64,000 nt of DNA from an uncultured Gemmatimonadales bacterium (lineage in GTDB: Bacteria; Gemmatimonadota; Gemmatimonadetes; Longimicrobiales; Gaopeijiaceae), in the NCBI GenBank assembly GCA_963809895.1, contig CAWELD010000003.1, positions 1,696,001-1,760,000 on the forward strand, given 5' to 3'. The notes under the pieces are model-generated. The model was not told the origin of the DNA and made no database searches. It was given only the letters and a program-made list of their open reading frames with translations. Below, one piece after another: positions 45,781 to 56,886 of the stretch (position 1 is the first letter of the stretch; each line of letters opens with the position of its first letter). The position numbers and the translations under genes were made by a program.

Positions 45781-46890
45781 TCAGCGCCGGATGGAGCCCT
45801 CGGTGTAGAACGGCGGGCGCTGGACCACGGCGCCCAGTTCCTTTCCGCGCACGTCCAGCGTCACCTCGGTACCCGCGCCCCCCAGGCGGGTGGGCACGTA
45901 GCCCATGGCGACGCCCACGCCCAGCGAGGGACTCATGGTCCCGCTGGTGACCACCCCCACACCGGCGCCGGCGGAGCGGATCTCGTAGCCCGGCCGGGGA
46001 AAGCCGCGCTCGGTGAGGCGCATCCCCACCAGCCGCCGCTCCACACCGGCCTCCTTCTGGGCGACCAGGGACTCGCGACCGACGAAGTCGCCCTTGTCGA
46101 GCTTGGTGATCCAGCCCAGGCCTGCCTCCAGCGGCGTGTGGTCCTCGTCCAGGTCGTTGCCGTACAGGGCGTATCCCATCTCCAGGCGCAGGGAGTCGCG
46201 CGCGCCCAGCCCTGCCGGAATCAGCCCGTGCGCCGCTCCTTCGTCGAGGATCGCCCGCCACAGGTCGGCGGCACGGCTGGCGGGCACGTAGAGCTCGAAG
46301 CCGTCCTCGCCGGTGTAGCCCGTGGCGCTGATGACGGCATCGACGCCGGCGACCCGACCCTCGGCGAAACGATAGTAGCCGATGGTGTCCAGATCGGTAT
46401 CCGTGAGGGGCTGGAGGATCGCCCGTGCCCGGGGTCCCTGAAGCGCCAACAGGCCGGTGGCGTCGGAGCGGTCCTCGAGCTCCACGTCGAGCCCCTCCTC
46501 GTGGCTCACAACCCACGCCCAGTCCTTGTCGTGGTTGGACGCGTTCACCACCAGCATGTAGTGATCGGGAAAGCGGTAGACGATGAGGTCGTCGATGATG
46601 CCGCCGTCCTCGCGGCACATGGCCGAGTATTGCGCCTGCCCCACGTCCATACGCGACGCGTCGTTCACCGTGATGCGCTGCACCAGGGCCAGAGCATCCG
46701 GGCCCCGGACCTCGAACTCACCCATATGGCTCACGTCGAAGAGCCCCGCGGCGTCGCGCACCGCCTTGTGCTCCGCGGTGATGCCGGTGGGATACTGCAC
46801 CGGCATGGCGTAGCCCGCGAAGGGCACCATCTTCCCGCCCAGGGCTTCGTGCTCGTCGTGGAGGGGCGTGCGCTTGAGATCGTCAGCCAT
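45781..46890 (-). CDS. gcvT: Glycine cleavage system T protein
   Basis: FAGYAMPVQY, DVSHMGE, TGYTGEDGFE and GLGARDSLRLE motifs. Confidence 0.97.
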   Translation of the reverse strand: MADDLKRTPLHDEHEALGGKMVPFAGYAMPVQYPTGITAEHKAVRDAAGLFDVSHMGEFEVRGPDALALVQRITVNDASRMDVGQAQYSAMCREDGGIIDDLIVYRFPDHYMLVVNASNHDKDWAWVVSHEEGLDVELEDRSDATGLLALQGPRARAILQPLTDTDLDTIGYYRFAEGRVAGVDAVISATGYTGEDGFELYVPASRAADLWRAILDEGAAHGLIPAGLGARDSLRLEMGYALYGNDLDEDHTPLEAGLGWITKLDKGDFVGRESLVAQKEAGVERRLVGMRLTERGFPRPGYEIRSAGAGVGVVTSGTMSPSLGVGVAMGYVPTRLGGAGTEVTLDVRGKELGAVVQRPPFYTEGSIRR

Positions 46891-46937
46891 CGTGATGCCG
46901 CCTGTGGTCGTTCGGGATATGGGATCGAGGGCGCGGC

Positions 46938-47855
46938 TCAGCGCCCTTCCATGAGCATGAGCAGGAGGGCCTTCTGGGCGTGGAGACGGTTCTCGGCTTC
47001 CTGGAAGACCCTCGACGCAGGCCCGTCGATGACGCCCGCGGCCACTTCCTCACCCCGGTGGGCCGGGAGGCAGTGCAGGAAGATCGCATCCGCGGCGGCC
47101 TGGTCCATGAGCGCCTCGTCCACACAGTAGCCGTGGAACGCCAGAGCGCGCTCGCGGGCCTCCTCCTCCTGGCCCATGGAGGCCCAAACGTCGGTGGTGA
47201 CCACCCGCGCTCCTTCGGCAGCCTCGCCGGGGCTGCGGGTCAACAGCACGTTGGTCCGCTCGCGGGCGCGCGCCAGGATATCGGGGTCCGGCTCGTAATT
47301 CTCGGGGCAAGCCAGCCGGAGATCGAATCCCAGCAGCGCCGCGGCGTTGAGCCAGGAGTTGGCCATGTTGTTGCCGTCGCCGATCCAGGCCACCGGCACA
47401 TCCGACAGGTCGCCCCCGAACACCTCGGACATGGTCTGTAGATCGGCGAGCAACTGGCAGGGGTGCAGCAGGTCGGTGAGGCCGTTGACCACCGGGACGG
47501 AGGCGTAACGGGCAAGCTCCACCACCTCCTCGTGGGCGAAGGTGCGGATCATGATGGCATCGACGTAGCCGCTCAGGACGTGAGCGGTGTCGTGCAGGCT
47601 CTCGCCCCGGCCCATCTGACTCGTCTGGTCCGAGAGGAAGACCGCGTGGCCGCCGAGTTGCGCCATGCCCACCTCGAACGACACCCGGGTCCGTGTGCTG
47701 CTCTTGCGGAAGATCATGGCCAGGGTCCGGCCCACCAGGAGCCGCTCCCCCCGAGGATCCTGCTTGAGGCCCCGAGCTCGTGCCAGGAGCTGCAGGAGCT
47801 CCTCGCGGGACAGGTCCGGAAGAGCCAGGAAGTCGCGTTTCGTGCTCTCGCTCAT
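46938..47855 (-). CDS. argF: Ornithine carbamoyltransferase
   Basis: STRTR, HPCQ, D.WASMG and HCLP motifs. Confidence 0.96.
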   Translation of the reverse strand: MSESTKRDFLALPDLSREELLQLLARARGLKQDPRGERLLVGRTLAMIFRKSSTRTRVSFEVGMAQLGGHAVFLSDQTSQMGRGESLHDTAHVLSGYVDAIMIRTFAHEEVVELARYASVPVVNGLTDLLHPCQLLADLQTMSEVFGGDLSDVPVAWIGDGNNMANSWLNAAALLGFDLRLACPENYEPDPDILARARERTNVLLTRSPGEAAEGARVVTTDVWASMGQEEEARERALAFHGYCVDEALMDQAAADAIFLHCLPAHRGEEVAAGVIDGPASRVFQEAENRLHAQKALLLMLMEGR

Positions 47856-47892
47856 GCGTCGTGCTCGGTTCGAACGGTGCTCGATCTCGGGA

Positions 47893-49425
47893 TCAGAGGA
47901 TGTAGCGTCGCAGGTCCTCGTCTTCGACGATGGCGCTCAGGTTCCGGCGCACGAAGTCGGCATCGATGACCACCCGCTTGGCGCTGTCGTCGGGCAGCTT
48001 GAAGAGCACGTCCTCCAGGAGCGTGGTCATGACGGTCTGGAGGCGGCGGGCGCCGATATTCTCCATACGCGTATTCAGCTCGGTGGCGATGCGTGCTATC
48101 TCCTCCACGCCCTCGTCGCTGAACTCCAGGGTGCCGCCCTCGGTCTCCACAAGGGCCCGATACTGATTCAGGAGTGCGTTGCGGGGCTCCGTCAGGATGC
48201 GCACGAAGTCTCGCTGGCCCAGGCTGTGCAGCTCCACACGGATCGGGAAACGCCCCTGGAGCTCGGGGATCAGGTCGCTGGGCTTGGCCACGTGGAAGGC
48301 GCCAGCGGCCACGAACAGGACGTGGTCGGTGCGCACCAGGCCGTACTTCGTCTGCACGGTCGAGCCCTCGACGATGGGCAGGAGGTCACGCTGAACACCT
48401 TCCCGGCTGACGTCGGGGCCCGCCCCACCCCGCTCGCCGGCGACCTTGTCGATCTCGTCGAGGAAGACGATGCCCATGTCCTCGGTGCGGTTCAGCGCTT
48501 CGGTGACCACCTCGTCCATGTCCACCAGGCGATCCAGCTCGTCCTGGAAGAGGATGCGGCGAGCCTCGGCCACGGTGACCTGCCGCCGCTTGGTCTTCTT
48601 CGGCAGCATGTCCTGGAGCATTTCGGTGAAGTTGTAGTCCATCCCTTCGCCCATGGGCACCATCATGCCGTCCAGGTTCGGTGCCTGCTGGACCTCCACC
48701 TCCACTTCACGGTCCTCGAGGGTTCCATCGTTGAGCAGCTTGCGGAGCTTCTCCCTGGTGCGTGCCCGGCGCTGGGGGAGGCCTTCCTGGGCCTCCCCGT
48801 GGTCGCCCTCCGATGCGCGAGCCTCGACGCCACCTGGACCCGCCACGAAGATCGACCCCAACGCCACCCGTCCCGTGTCGTCGTCCGCACCGGCTCCGGC
48901 CTGTTCGGAGCCCTCGCCTCCCGCCGGGAAGAGCAGATCCAGGAGCTTCTCCTCCACCCGGGCCTCGGCGAGCTCGGCCACGTCTTCCTCGCGCTCGGCG
49001 CGCACCATGTTGATGGCCACGTCCACCAGGTCGCGAATCATGCTCTCCACGTCGCGACCCACGTAGCCCACCTCGGTGAATTTGCTGGCCTCGACCTTGA
49101 CGAAGGGAGCGCCCGCCAGTCGGGCCAGACGCCGCGCGATCTCGGTCTTGCCGACGCCCGTGGGGCCGATGAGGATCAGGTTCGCCGGAACGATCTCGTC
49201 TCTGAGGTCATCGGGCACCCGCTGGCGTCGCCACCGGTTGCGCAAGGCGATGGCCACCGCCTTCTTGGCGTCGCCCTGACCCACGATGTAGGTGTCGAGC
49301 TCCGCGACGATCTGCCGCGGCGTGAGCCACTCCGCCCACTCGTCGTCGGAAATGCGCCCGTCTTCCTCGGCTTTCGAGGGTGGGGTGGGCGTGGGAGGTG
49401 TGGCGATGATGGTTTCTTCTGTCAT
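47893..49425 (-). CDS. hslU: HslU ATPase
   Basis: [25 protein letters not shown] and C-terminal DLRRYIL. Start uncertain (49425 or 49464). Confidence 0.97.
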   Translation of the reverse strand: MTEETIIATPPTPTPPSKAEEDGRISDDEWAEWLTPRQIVAELDTYIVGQGDAKKAVAIALRNRWRRQRVPDDLRDEIVPANLILIGPTGVGKTEIARRLARLAGAPFVKVEASKFTEVGYVGRDVESMIRDLVDVAINMVRAEREEDVAELAEARVEEKLLDLLFPAGGEGSEQAGAGADDDTGRVALGSIFVAGPGGVEARASEGDHGEAQEGLPQRRARTREKLRKLLNDGTLEDREVEVEVQQAPNLDGMMVPMGEGMDYNFTEMLQDMLPKKTKRRQVTVAEARRILFQDELDRLVDMDEVVTEALNRTEDMGIVFLDEIDKVAGERGGAGPDVSREGVQRDLLPIVEGSTVQTKYGLVRTDHVLFVAAGAFHVAKPSDLIPELQGRFPIRVELHSLGQRDFVRILTEPRNALLNQYRALVETEGGTLEFSDEGVEEIARIATELNTRMENIGARRLQTVMTTLLEDVLFKLPDDSAKRVVIDADFVRRNLSAIVEDEDLRRYIL

Positions 49426-49460
49426 GATGTCCAATCCGATCCCGGCCCGGGCCGGCGCGG

Positions 49461-50015
49461 TCAATCGGCGTCGCCGCCCAGCTCCAGGACGGTGATGTCC
49501 TGATTCGTGTAGATGCAGATCTCACCGGCGATGCGCAGCGCTTCACGCACGATCTCGCCGGCCCCGAGGCTGGAATGGTTCTTCAGCGCCCGCGCCGCTG
49601 CCAGGGCGTAGCTTCCACCGGAGCCGATGGCCGCGATGTCGTCATCGGGCTCGATGACGTCACCGTCTCCGCTGATGAGAAAGAGGTGGTCCTTGTCGGC
49701 CACCACAAGAAGGGCATTGAGGCGCCTGAGGAAGCGGTCGGTACGCCAGTCCTTGGCCAGCTCGACCACCGAACGGGTGAGATTGCCGGGAAAGCGCTCG
49801 AGCTTCTCTTCGAGCTTCTCGAAGAGCGTGAACGCGTCGGCCACCGCTCCCGCGAATCCCGCGAGAATCGTACCGTCCTTCAGCTCTCTGACCTTACGGG
49901 CACGGGTCTTCACCACGGTGTCGCCCATGGTCACCTGCCCGTCGCCTCCAAGCGCCACCGTTCCGTCCCGGCGCACGGCCACCACGGTGGTGGCGCGGAT
50001 GTCCTGATGCCGCAC
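49461..50015 (-). CDS. hslV: HslV peptidase
   Basis: TTVVAV N-terminal Thr, GDGQVT, GFAG and IGSGG motifs. Confidence 0.97.
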   Translation of the reverse strand: MRHQDIRATTVVAVRRDGTVALGGDGQVTMGDTVVKTRARKVRELKDGTILAGFAGAVADAFTLFEKLEEKLERFPGNLTRSVVELAKDWRTDRFLRRLNALLVVADKDHLFLISGDGDVIEPDDDIAAIGSGGSYALAAARALKNHSSLGAGEIVREALRIAGEICIYTNQDITVLELGGDAD

Positions 50016-50062
50016 GTTGACCCCTCTCGTCCCTGGCGTGTGTGGACTCTAACGATAACAGT

Positions 50063-50077
50063 CTGCCGACTTGGCAG
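50063..50077. promoter_or_regulatory. Palindrome CTGCC-N5-GGCAG next to an extended -10 (TGtTATCGT, minus strand) upstream of hslV
   Basis: Seen directly; similar to palindromes upstream of dnaK. Confidence 0.45.
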
Positions 50078-50131
50078 GGAGTGGGAGGGGGCGCCCCCTG
50101 GGGCCAGGTTGGAGCCCGACGGACGAAGCCG

Positions 50132-51088
50132 TCAGTCCGAACGGGGGTGGGCGTCGCGGTAGACCTGCTTGAGGCGCTCGGTGGAGGTGTGCGTGTAGAT
50201 CTGCGTGGTAGAGAGCGACACGTGGCCCAGAAGCTCCTTCACCGCCATGAGGTCGGCACCGCCGTCCAGCAGGTGGGTCGCGAACGAGTGTCGCAGGGAG
50301 TGCACGCTGAGCCCCTCGTCGGCGCCTGCCGCCTCCAGCAACGCGTGCACGATCTTCTGGATGCCTCGACGCGAGAGCCGACGGCCTCCGGGACCCAGAA
50401 GGAGGGCCCGGCGATCCGCCGCGCTGGCGTCCGGTCCCACGGCCTCGTCTCGCCGGGGCAGATAGCGGCGCACGGCCACCACCGCCGCCCGCGTCAGGGG
50501 AACGATACGCTCCTTGCGGCCCTTGCCACGCACCTTCACCTGCTCCGCCACGAGATCCAGGTCCTGGAGGTCCAGACCATGCAGCTCGGAAAGGCGCAGG
50601 CCGCTTCCGTACAGAAGCTCGAGGAGCGCCAGGTTGCGCGTGCCCGCCAGTGTGTTCTCGGCGGCACGGGCCTCCGCCACGTCGAAGAGCGCCTGGGCGT
50701 CCCCGTGGGTGAGATGCCCGGGCAGCTTCTTGTCGAGCCGCGGGGCTCGCAACGCGCGCGTGGGATTGCGGTCCAGTCGCTCTTCGAGATGGAGGAAACG
50801 GAAGAAGGTCCGCACCGCCGACAGCTTGCGGGCTGCCGTGCGCCGCGACAGCCCACGCCGGTCCAGCCATCCCAGGAAGGAGCGCAGCGTGAGGCGGTCC
50901 ACGTCACCCCAGCCCCACTCCGGCGTACCGTAGTAGCCGGTGAGGAACTCGGAAAGATCCGTCAGGTCGCGTCGGTAGGCCGAGACCGTGTTGGGCGAGA
51001 GCTGACGCTCGTCCGCCAGATGGCGCAGAAACTCCTGGACGGCCGTCCCGGACGTCTCCTGCGACCGTGGCCCCCGTGCAGCGCTCAT
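50132..51088 (-). CDS. xerC: Tyrosine recombinase XerC
   Basis: SPNTV.AY, GLRLSE, GKGRKERIVP, HSLRHSFATH, LGH..LSTTQIY; topA-trmFO-xerC-hslV synteny. Confidence 0.93.
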   Translation of the reverse strand: MSAARGPRSQETSGTAVQEFLRHLADERQLSPNTVSAYRRDLTDLSEFLTGYYGTPEWGWGDVDRLTLRSFLGWLDRRGLSRRTAARKLSAVRTFFRFLHLEERLDRNPTRALRAPRLDKKLPGHLTHGDAQALFDVAEARAAENTLAGTRNLALLELLYGSGLRLSELHGLDLQDLDLVAEQVKVRGKGRKERIVPLTRAAVVAVRRYLPRRDEAVGPDASAADRRALLLGPGGRRLSRRGIQKIVHALLEAAGADEGLSVHSLRHSFATHLLDGGADLMAVKELLGHVSLSTTQIYTHTSTERLKQVYRDAHPRSD

Positions 51089-52461
51089 CCCACCGGCGCC
51101 TCCGAAGCCGGCGCCCCGTCCCCGACGAGCTGGTCCGGATCCACGGAGGGCTCCACGCCCACCTCGCCCATCCAGGCCAGGAAGTCCCGCAGAGCCCGGG
51201 CCGCGAGCATCTCCCGCTTCTTGCGCTTGTCGCGTACCCGCTCAGCGAGTGGCTCCACCAGACCCCAGTTGGAGTTCATGGGCTGGAAGCGCTTCGGATC
51301 GCTGTCGCGAAGATAGCGATAGAGGGCCCCCAGCATCGTGGTGGGTGGCGGAAGGCGCGGCTCGAGGCCACGGAGGATCCGGTCGAGCACCAGCGCGGCC
51401 ATGATCCCGCTGGAGGCGGACTCCGTGTAGCCCTCCACCCCCGTGAGCTGGCCGGCGAAGATCATGTCGGGACGGCCCTTCAGTGAACCGTGGGCGGTGA
51501 GCGTCGACGGGAAGCTCAGATAGCTGTTGCGGTGGATCGAGCCCCAGCGCAGGAAGTCCGCGTTCCCCAGCCCCGGAATGAGCGTGAACACACGCCGCTG
51601 CTCACCGGTGCGCAGCCGGGTCTGGAAGCCGACCATGTTCCACATCTGCCCCGCCCGGTCTTCTCGTCGGAGCTGAACCACCGCCCAGGGACGCCGCCCG
51701 GTGCGAGGGTCCGTGAGCCCGATGGGCTTCATGGGCCCGAAGCGCAGCGTGTCGTCTCCGCGCGACGCCATGACCTCGATGGGAAGACAACCCTCGAAGT
51801 AGGGGACCGCTTCCCAATCGTGACCCTCGTACACATCCGCCGCCTTCAAGGCATCGAGGAAGACCTGGTACTCTTCCTTCGACATGGGACAGTTGAGGTA
51901 GTCTCCGGATTCTTCGAAACGGCCCGCCTCGAAGGCGATGGATTCGTCGATGGAGTCCCGCTCGATGATGGGAGCGATGGCGTCGAAGAAGGCCAGGCCG
52001 TCGTCACCGAGCTCGCGGCGGATGGCGTCGGACAGGGCGTCGGAGGTGAGCGGCCCCGTAGCGATGATCGCCGGGCCCTCGGGAATGCGCGTGGTCTCCT
52101 CCCGGAGTACCTCGATGCCCGGGTGCTCCGTCGACGGCCCGGGTCATGGCCTGCGAGAAGAGGTGACGGTCCACCGCCAGGGCCGAGCCCGCCGCCACGC
52201 GGCTCCGATCCGCCGACTCCAGCAGCACCGAGCCCAGCAGGCGCATCTCGCGTTTGAGCTCGCCATGAGCGTTGGCGGGGTCTTCGGTCTTGAAGGAGTT
52301 CGTGCACACCAACTCGCCCAGACCGTCGGTCTGGTGCGCCGGCGTGCTGCGGACGGGCCGCATCTCGATCAGACGGACCCGGTGCCCACGACGGGCCAAT
52401 CCGAGGGCCGCCTCGCAGCCGGCGAGTCCACCCCCCACCACAATGGCGTCGGGTCGGGCAC

Positions 52462-52465
<4 letters not shown>
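51085..52465 (-). pseudogene. trmFO: tRNA m5U54 methyltransferase TrmFO, split by one extra nucleotide near 52130 (may be a sequencing error)
   Basis: N-part has GGGLAGCEAA and ELVCTNS. The other frame continues EHPGIEVLREE..ATGPLTS..FFDAIAP..YLNCP..FEGCLPIE..GQLTGVEGY. Span is 1381 nt (3n+1). Confidence 0.88.
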
Positions 52466-54945
<2,480 letters not shown>

Positions 54946-54984
54946 AGGTGCGGATCGGGGTTCAGCGAGTGTCTTCGGGTGACG

Positions 54985-55521
54985 TCACGACGTCACGCCC
55001 ATGGCGTTCACGATGGCCTCTGCCAGCCGCTCCGGAGAGGCCCGGCGGGCATCCAGATGCAGCCGGGCCCGTTGGTAGTACTGCCTGCGCGACTCGAGGA
55101 GTGTCCGTGCCCGGATCTCGCGGTCCGGTCCCGCGAGCAGCGGCCGAACGTGGCGGTCGGCCCTCGCTCGAGCGAGAACCGTCTCGACATCCACATCCAG
55201 CCAGACGCTGAACGTGTCCGCGGGCAGTCCCTCCATGCGGCCGGCCACCGCCGGCCAGCCTCCACCGGGCGCGAGCACCACCCCGGACCGGGCGAGCACT
55301 TCCGCTCCGAGCCGGGCCTCGAGTGTCCGGAACACGGCCTCGCCCTCGTCGGCGAAGATCCGCTCCACCGAGCGTCCCGACCGGCGTTCGATCTCGGTAT
55401 CGAAGTCGAGGAACGTCCACGCCAAGCGCCGTGCCAGGCATGGTCCCACGGTGGACTTGCCGCTGGCCATGAAGCCCACCAGCACCACGTTGCGGATGGC
55501 GTCAGAGGGGTCGCTCACCAT
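54985..55521 (-). CDS. aroK: Shikimate kinase
   Basis: GFMASGKST, D.D.EIE, GE..FR.LE, GGG and RPLL motifs. Confidence 0.93.
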   Translation of the reverse strand: MVSDPSDAIRNVVLVGFMASGKSTVGPCLARRLAWTFLDFDTEIERRSGRSVERIFADEGEAVFRTLEARLGAEVLARSGVVLAPGGGWPAVAGRMEGLPADTFSVWLDVDVETVLARARADRHVRPLLAGPDREIRARTLLESRRQYYQRARLHLDARRASPERLAEAIVNAMGVTS

Positions 55522-56722
55522 ATCCGCGTTGCGACAGGTACGCGAGGAATCCGTCGAAGTTCCGGCGGGTTTCCGCCATGGAGTCCCCGCCGAACTTCTC
55601 CAGGAAGGCATCGGCCAGAACGAGGGCGACCATGGCCTCACCGACCACGGCCGCGGCCGGCACGGCGCACACGTCGCTGCGCTCGGTGGCCGCATCGGCC
55701 TCGGACCCGTCACGGAGATCCACCGAGGGAAGGCGGTTCCGGAGGGTGGAGATGGGCTTCATGTGCCCTCGCACGACCAGCGGGGCGCCGGTGGTGACGC
55801 CGCCCTCGAGCCCTCCGGCCCGATTCGAAGCCCGTCCAAAGCCCCCGGCCCTGTCCCTCGCCTCGTCCAGCACGATGGGATCGTGCACCCGCGTGCCTGG
55901 GCGACGGGCGCCCTCGAATCCTTCGCCGATCTCCACGCCCTTGATGGCCTGCACCGACATCATGGCGCCCGCCAGGCGGCCGTCCAGCTTGGTATCCCAC
56001 GACACGTGACTGCCGAGGCCCACCGGGAGCCCGGTGGCCACGACCTCGAAAGCACCGCCCAGCGTGTCCCCTTCGTCCTTGGCCCGGTCGATGGCCGCCA
56101 CCATGCGCTCGTTGGCCTCCGGATCGATACAACGCAGCGGCGAATCGTCCACCGCAGCGTTCAGATCCTCCGGGAGCGGGTCGGGAAGGCGGGCATCGAT
56201 CCCGCCCAGGCTGATCACGTGGCTCCCGATCCGGATGCCGAAGGCCCCGAGAAAGGTCCGGGCCACCGCACCGCACGCCACCCGAGCGGCGGTCTCCCGG
56301 GCACTGGCGCGCTCCAGGATGTCCCGGGTGTCCCTCCGGGCGTACTTGAGCACCCCGACCAGATCGGCGTGGCCAGGACGGGGCAGATACATGGAGCGCA
56401 GCGCCTTGGGATTCACGTCGGTCGGCGGAGGCGCGGGACTCATGGCCACGGTCCAGTTCTCCCAGTCCCGGTTCCAGACGAGCATGGCCAGCGGCGAGCC
56501 CAGCGTCTCGCCCAACCGAACGCCGCTCAGGAGCTCGGCGCGGTCCGACTCGATCTGCATGCGACGGCCGCGGCCGTACCCGCCCTGCCTGCGCCGCAGG
56601 TCGGGATCCACGTCGCGCTCCATCTCCAGCGACAACCCGGCTGGAATCCCCTCCAGGAGGGCCACCAATCCCCGGCCGTGGGACTCACCAGCGGTGTGGA
56701 AGGAGATGTGCCTCATGCTCAT
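55502..56722 (-). CDS. aroC: Chorismate synthase
   Basis: TAGESHG, RPGHAD, ERASARETA, KPISTL and RSDVC motifs. Confidence 0.97.
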   Translation of the reverse strand: MSMRHISFHTAGESHGRGLVALLEGIPAGLSLEMERDVDPDLRRRQGGYGRGRRMQIESDRAELLSGVRLGETLGSPLAMLVWNRDWENWTVAMSPAPPPTDVNPKALRSMYLPRPGHADLVGVLKYARRDTRDILERASARETAARVACGAVARTFLGAFGIRIGSHVISLGGIDARLPDPLPEDLNAAVDDSPLRCIDPEANERMVAAIDRAKDEGDTLGGAFEVVATGLPVGLGSHVSWDTKLDGRLAGAMMSVQAIKGVEIGEGFEGARRPGTRVHDPIVLDEARDRAGGFGRASNRAGGLEGGVTTGAPLVVRGHMKPISTLRNRLPSVDLRDGSEADAATERSDVCAVPAAAVVGEAMVALVLADAFLEKFGGDSMAETRRNFDGFLAYLSQRGYGERPL

Positions 56723-56886
56723 GCGGGCGTGGTGTCAGATGGAAGATGAGAAAGGCCCGGCAGCGCCGGGCCCGGCGGGCCGCGCATCCGTCCGGACGCG
56801 CGCTGGCCCTCGACGCATTACCATACGACGAGCGCGGCGCCCCACCAAGGGCGCCGCGCCGTGTCCATGCCGGGGTCCCGAGCTTG

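Noticed and set aside
50132..51088. Tyrosine recombinase as a prophage or island integrase
   Set aside because: It sits in the conserved topA-trmFO-xerC-hslVU housekeeping context with no att sites or cargo.
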